DNA of 64,000 bases from Candidatus Poribacteria bacterium (GTDB lineage: Bacteria; Poribacteria; WGA-4E; WGA-3G). This document shows, piece by piece, positions 60,813-64,000 of the stretch. Below the pieces are notes generated by a model. The model saw only the letters and a list, made by a program, of their open reading frames with translations, did no database searches and was not told the DNA's origin. The stretch's first letter is position 1. Every line of letters starts with the position of its first letter. Location: assembly GCA_963665235.2 (NCBI GenBank), contig CAXXLX010000001.1:2720001-2784000 (forward strand). Reading direction: 5' to 3'. Made by a program: the position numbers and the translations under genes.

Positions 60813-61895
60813 GTGGCACATACACATACTGATTCACAAACAAAACCTTTGGTAATTCCGGCTTCGGAGACAGCGAAACAGATGGCGCAAGCAGCGGCGA
60901 ACTTCCTGGACGCGCTGCCCCCAGCTTTACGCGAAAAAGCGGCACTCCCTTTCGATGGAAACGAACGTTTCCGATGGCACTACATCCCTATTGAAATGTG
61001 GGAACGGCAAGGCGTTTCCCTCAAAGAACTGAACCCGAAACAGCAGGAAGCAGCGTTCACACTCATGGCTAGCGGATTGAGTACTACAGGGTATGAGAAG
61101 GCGCGCGCTATTATCAATTTAGAGGCAACGCTCGGTGAAATTGAGAAGAAGGCGGGGGAAACGCGGCTTGCACGCGACCCGGAATTTTACTTCTTCACCG
61201 TATTCGGCGACCCGACCGGAAATGGCGCGTGGGGATGGCGTACTGAGGGTCACCACATTTCGCTCAACTTTACTGTCGTCAATCGGGAACTTGTTTCGCC
61301 TAATCCGTTCTTCTTCGGTTCAAATCCAGCAGAGGTCCCACAGGGTGAGAAAAAAGGATTGAGAGTGCTGCTTGCTGAGGAAGACCTGGCACGTCAGCTT
61401 CTAATAGGACTAACGCCGGACCAAAAAGCGAAAGCCGTTATCAATACGGAGGCACCTAACGATATTCTAACCCGCAATGCCCCCAAAGTTGAATTTGAAG
61501 CGGTCGAGGGATTAGCGGTGGAAACGATGCAAACACATCAACGCGAAATTCTGATGCAATTGGTGCATGAATATATTAACAGGCTGCCTGATGAGATAGC
61601 CGAAATAGAACGCCGCAAGCTACGCGAAGGCAGTGCTAACGATATCCATTTCGCCTGGGCAGGCGGTGAAGAGCGGCGGATGCCCCATTACTATCGACTT
61701 CACGGGCCGTTTTTCTTTGTGGAGTATGACAACACACAGAACGATGCAAACCACATTCATTCAGTGTGGCGGCACATCGCGGATGATTTCGGAGCTGATC
61801 TGTTGCGGTTACACTATCACAAAACGGATCATCATGACCATTATGCACAGGGCTCATGCAGCGCGTTGATAAATCCTTATGATAGTGAGATATAG
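60813..61895 (+). CDS. DUF3500-family protein
   Basis: WHYIP, WGWRTEGHHISLN, FAWAG, YYRLHGP..VEYDN...NHIHSVWR. Confidence 0.85.
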   Translation: MAHTHTDSQTKPLVIPASETAKQMAQAAANFLDALPPALREKAALPFDGNERFRWHYIPIEMWERQGVSLKELNPKQQEAAFTLMASGLSTTGYEKARAIINLEATLGEIEKKAGETRLARDPEFYFFTVFGDPTGNGAWGWRTEGHHISLNFTVVNRELVSPNPFFFGSNPAEVPQGEKKGLRVLLAEEDLARQLLIGLTPDQKAKAVINTEAPNDILTRNAPKVEFEAVEGLAVETMQTHQREILMQLVHEYINRLPDEIAEIERRKLREGSANDIHFAWAGGEERRMPHYYRLHGPFFFVEYDNTQNDANHIHSVWRHIADDFGADLLRLHYHKTDHHDHYAQGSCSALINPYDSEI

Positions 61896-61925
61896 AGGCA
61901 TCATGACCATTAGTCCTGTTGCCTA

Positions 61926-61973
61926 AAAAGATAAAGAGAGCTGCCGAGGTTGGCGGCTCTCTTTATCTTTTTA
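61926..61973. terminator. Bidirectional rho-independent terminator
   Basis: aaaagataaagagagctgcc-gaggtt-ggcggctctctttatctttt between convergent genes. Confidence 0.75.
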
Positions 61974-61998
61974 TAAGTCGTAATCTGACTCGCGACGA

Positions 61999-62850
61999 TT
62001 ATTGGACAGCTTTGAGAGTGCCCCAGGTTGTTGTAAGTTTACCCGCGGGTTCAACGGCGGTAACCGTGTCGCTGCTGAGTACGACGAGTCCTGTTTTTTC
62101 AGAATTTTTTCCGTGGACAACAGAGTGGGGATACCATCCGCTCCACCCTTTTTGCCCGCCTTGTCCTGCGGCTTTATCACCATCGTTGACGCAGATGCCG
62201 AGCCCGAGTTCATCACCTGCGCTGAATGAGCCAGAAATGCCTAAATGTGCAGGGGTGACTCTGAATTCATAGTAGGTTTTCTTTGCATCCTCATCTCGCA
62301 TAATAGCGAGATCTGTTTTCGCATCGAGCCCGGGTTGACCGTTCGTTCTTTCATTTCCTAGGAGAATGTCGCCATTATCCCTTAAGCCAACATTATAGAG
62401 AAACAGGGTCTGACCTGCGCCTCGGTCGCCGGTTGGTTCAAAGGCGAGTTGTGCGCCATCGCCGTTCCATGCTTGGCCTGCTGCGTGTTCGTGCTCGTCA
62501 TCGGTGACACTGAGTGCAAGATAGAGTGCATCGGCATCCCAGGCAATCATGAAACAGGTTGTGTGATCATCGGCACCGCTCCATTTACCACCGCCGTGTT
62601 CCTCAAATACCTTGACGGCTCCGCCAACGCCTTCAAATTCAACACCGCAGAACGTCGAACCATCAGTCCCGGTGACAGCGTCCATGACCTCTCCCCATTC
62701 GTCAAGATTTCCATCGATTTCAACGTCGAGGCCGCTTGGTGCGTTGTAAACGTCTTGGGTGTCGTTACGCCACTGTGCGTCCGCGATGCTGATTGTGAAT
62801 AAGAATACTGCTGCACAGAGTGCAGTCAGTATAAAAGCATATTTTTTCAT
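61999..62850 (-). CDS. Secreted CBM9/DOMON-like sugar-binding protein with a conserved C-terminal motif
   Basis: Signal peptide, IDGNLDEW, WDADALYL, VTDD, VNDGD; ends AVEPAGKLTTTWGTLK. Confidence 0.7.
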   Translation of the reverse strand: MKKYAFILTALCAAVFLFTISIADAQWRNDTQDVYNAPSGLDVEIDGNLDEWGEVMDAVTGTDGSTFCGVEFEGVGGAVKVFEEHGGGKWSGADDHTTCFMIAWDADALYLALSVTDDEHEHAAGQAWNGDGAQLAFEPTGDRGAGQTLFLYNVGLRDNGDILLGNERTNGQPGLDAKTDLAIMRDEDAKKTYYEFRVTPAHLGISGSFSAGDELGLGICVNDGDKAAGQGGQKGWSGWYPHSVVHGKNSEKTGLVVLSSDTVTAVEPAGKLTTTWGTLKAVQ

Positions 62851-63055
62851 TAAATTTCCTCTTTTTGTTAGCTGTTTTCCACGTTCAGTTTGTCGAGATT
62901 CGAAGCTCGCTCCTACCGAGTCGTGGAGGTTTCTATAGTGCAACTATGTTGCTATATTAGTTGTCTGGACAGGGACATTCCTGCTCAAACAGAAGCTGCA
63001 GCGGTCTGTTTGTAACCGCTGCGATGTTATCGGTTTTTGACGTGTGCCAAAACCG

Positions 63056-63910
63056 TTATCGGATTGATTTTAGTTTACCCCATGTCGTTGCTAACTTATT
63101 GGCAGCTTCGACAGCGAGGGTTTCATCGATAAGTCTGACGAGACCGGTTTTTTCTGGATTCTTGCCATGAACAACAGAGTGGGGGTACCATCCGCTCCAG
63201 CCTTTTTGTCCGCCTTGGCCTGCGGCTTTATCGCCATCGTTGATACAGATACCGAGCCCGAATTCGTAGCCTTCGCTGAACGGCTCTTTTAAACCTAAAT
63301 TTTCAGGCGTGATTTTAAATTCATAGTAGGTTTCCTTTTCACCCTCGTTGCGAACAATGAATATACTTTCACCTTCACCTGCAACAAGCCCTGGATTGCC
63401 TCGCGTCCGCTCATTCCCTAGTATGAGATTCCCGTTATCGTGCAATCCGGCATTATATAGGATGTCGGGCTGTCCACCTGCGCGATTACCACTTGGTACA
63501 AAAGAGAGTTGTGCGCCATCCCCATTCCATGCTTGGCCTGCTCCGTGTTCATGTTCATCATCGGTGACTTTGATACCGATGTAGAGAGCTTCTGGCTCCC
63601 AGAAAATTGCGAAACAGGTTTTGTGGTCGTTGGCATCTTTCCATGTCCCTCCGCCATGCGTTTCAAAGACTTTAACTGCACCACCAACCCCTTCAAATTC
63701 GACTTCACAGAAAGGTTTGCCGTTAGTGCCTTTAACTGTTTCAAGGGCACCTTCCCACCCTTCGTCGTCATTAAGTTCACCATCGATTTCAATGTCGGAG
63801 GAAGCTCTCAAGGCTTCGTAAAGGTCGTGGGTTTTGCTTCGCCACTGTGCTTCTGCTGTGATACCTGTGAGTAATAGCAGTAGCGTTGTTACAATCAAAA
63901 AATTTCTCAT
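63056..63910 (-). CDS. Secreted CBM9/DOMON-like protein, paralog of the neighbouring gene
   Basis: Shares NDGDKAAGQGGQKGWSGWYPHSVVHGKN; ends AVEAANKLATTWGKLK. Confidence 0.7.
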   Translation of the reverse strand: MRNFLIVTTLLLLLTGITAEAQWRSKTHDLYEALRASSDIEIDGELNDDEGWEGALETVKGTNGKPFCEVEFEGVGGAVKVFETHGGGTWKDANDHKTCFAIFWEPEALYIGIKVTDDEHEHGAGQAWNGDGAQLSFVPSGNRAGGQPDILYNAGLHDNGNLILGNERTRGNPGLVAGEGESIFIVRNEGEKETYYEFKITPENLGLKEPFSEGYEFGLGICINDGDKAAGQGGQKGWSGWYPHSVVHGKNPEKTGLVRLIDETLAVEAANKLATTWGKLKSIR

Positions 63911-64000
63911 TTCTTCTCCTTATTAAAGCAAGCACGGTTATGCTGCTTGCGATTTAAGTTCAATTCCGCGCAGTGCGGAGATTAACGGTCTTCAGCGGTT

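Overview
Bacterial genomic window, about 46-48% GC by eye. The gene repertoire (PhyH dioxygenases, a WD40 protein, Gfo/Idh/MocA enzymes, secreted proteins ending in a 'VEPAGKLTTTWGTLK'-type motif, dense GTAG-type REP repeats) suggests Candidatus Poribacteria; this is an inference. Housekeeping and metabolic genes (glcB, truA, folD, SDR, enolase superfamily, ECF sigma/anti-sigma) are interspersed with defence loci. (1) A 1.8-9.9 kb island in which a nuclease-STAND-TPR protein and a MORC/histidine-kinase-partnered response regulator each end in an antitoxin-like tail and are translationally coupled to a toxin (PIN and HicA respectively). (2) An atypical type I (I-D-like) CRISPR-Cas locus on the minus strand: WYL, large subunit with internal cas11, cas7, cas5, stand-alone HD, cas3 helicase, cas6 and cas2, with no cas1/cas4 in the window, plus a 19-repeat array. 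(3) Just upstream of the cas operon, a DUF3800 RNase-H-like gene flanked by a promoter-driven degenerate one-spacer mini-CRISPR and by a promoter-driven tandem structured RNA. Also present are an Hhe-like helicase-nuclease, an ABC-ATPase/PIN pair, a decayed tnpB element and a MITE-like element. All calls come from motif reading by eye; no database searches were run.
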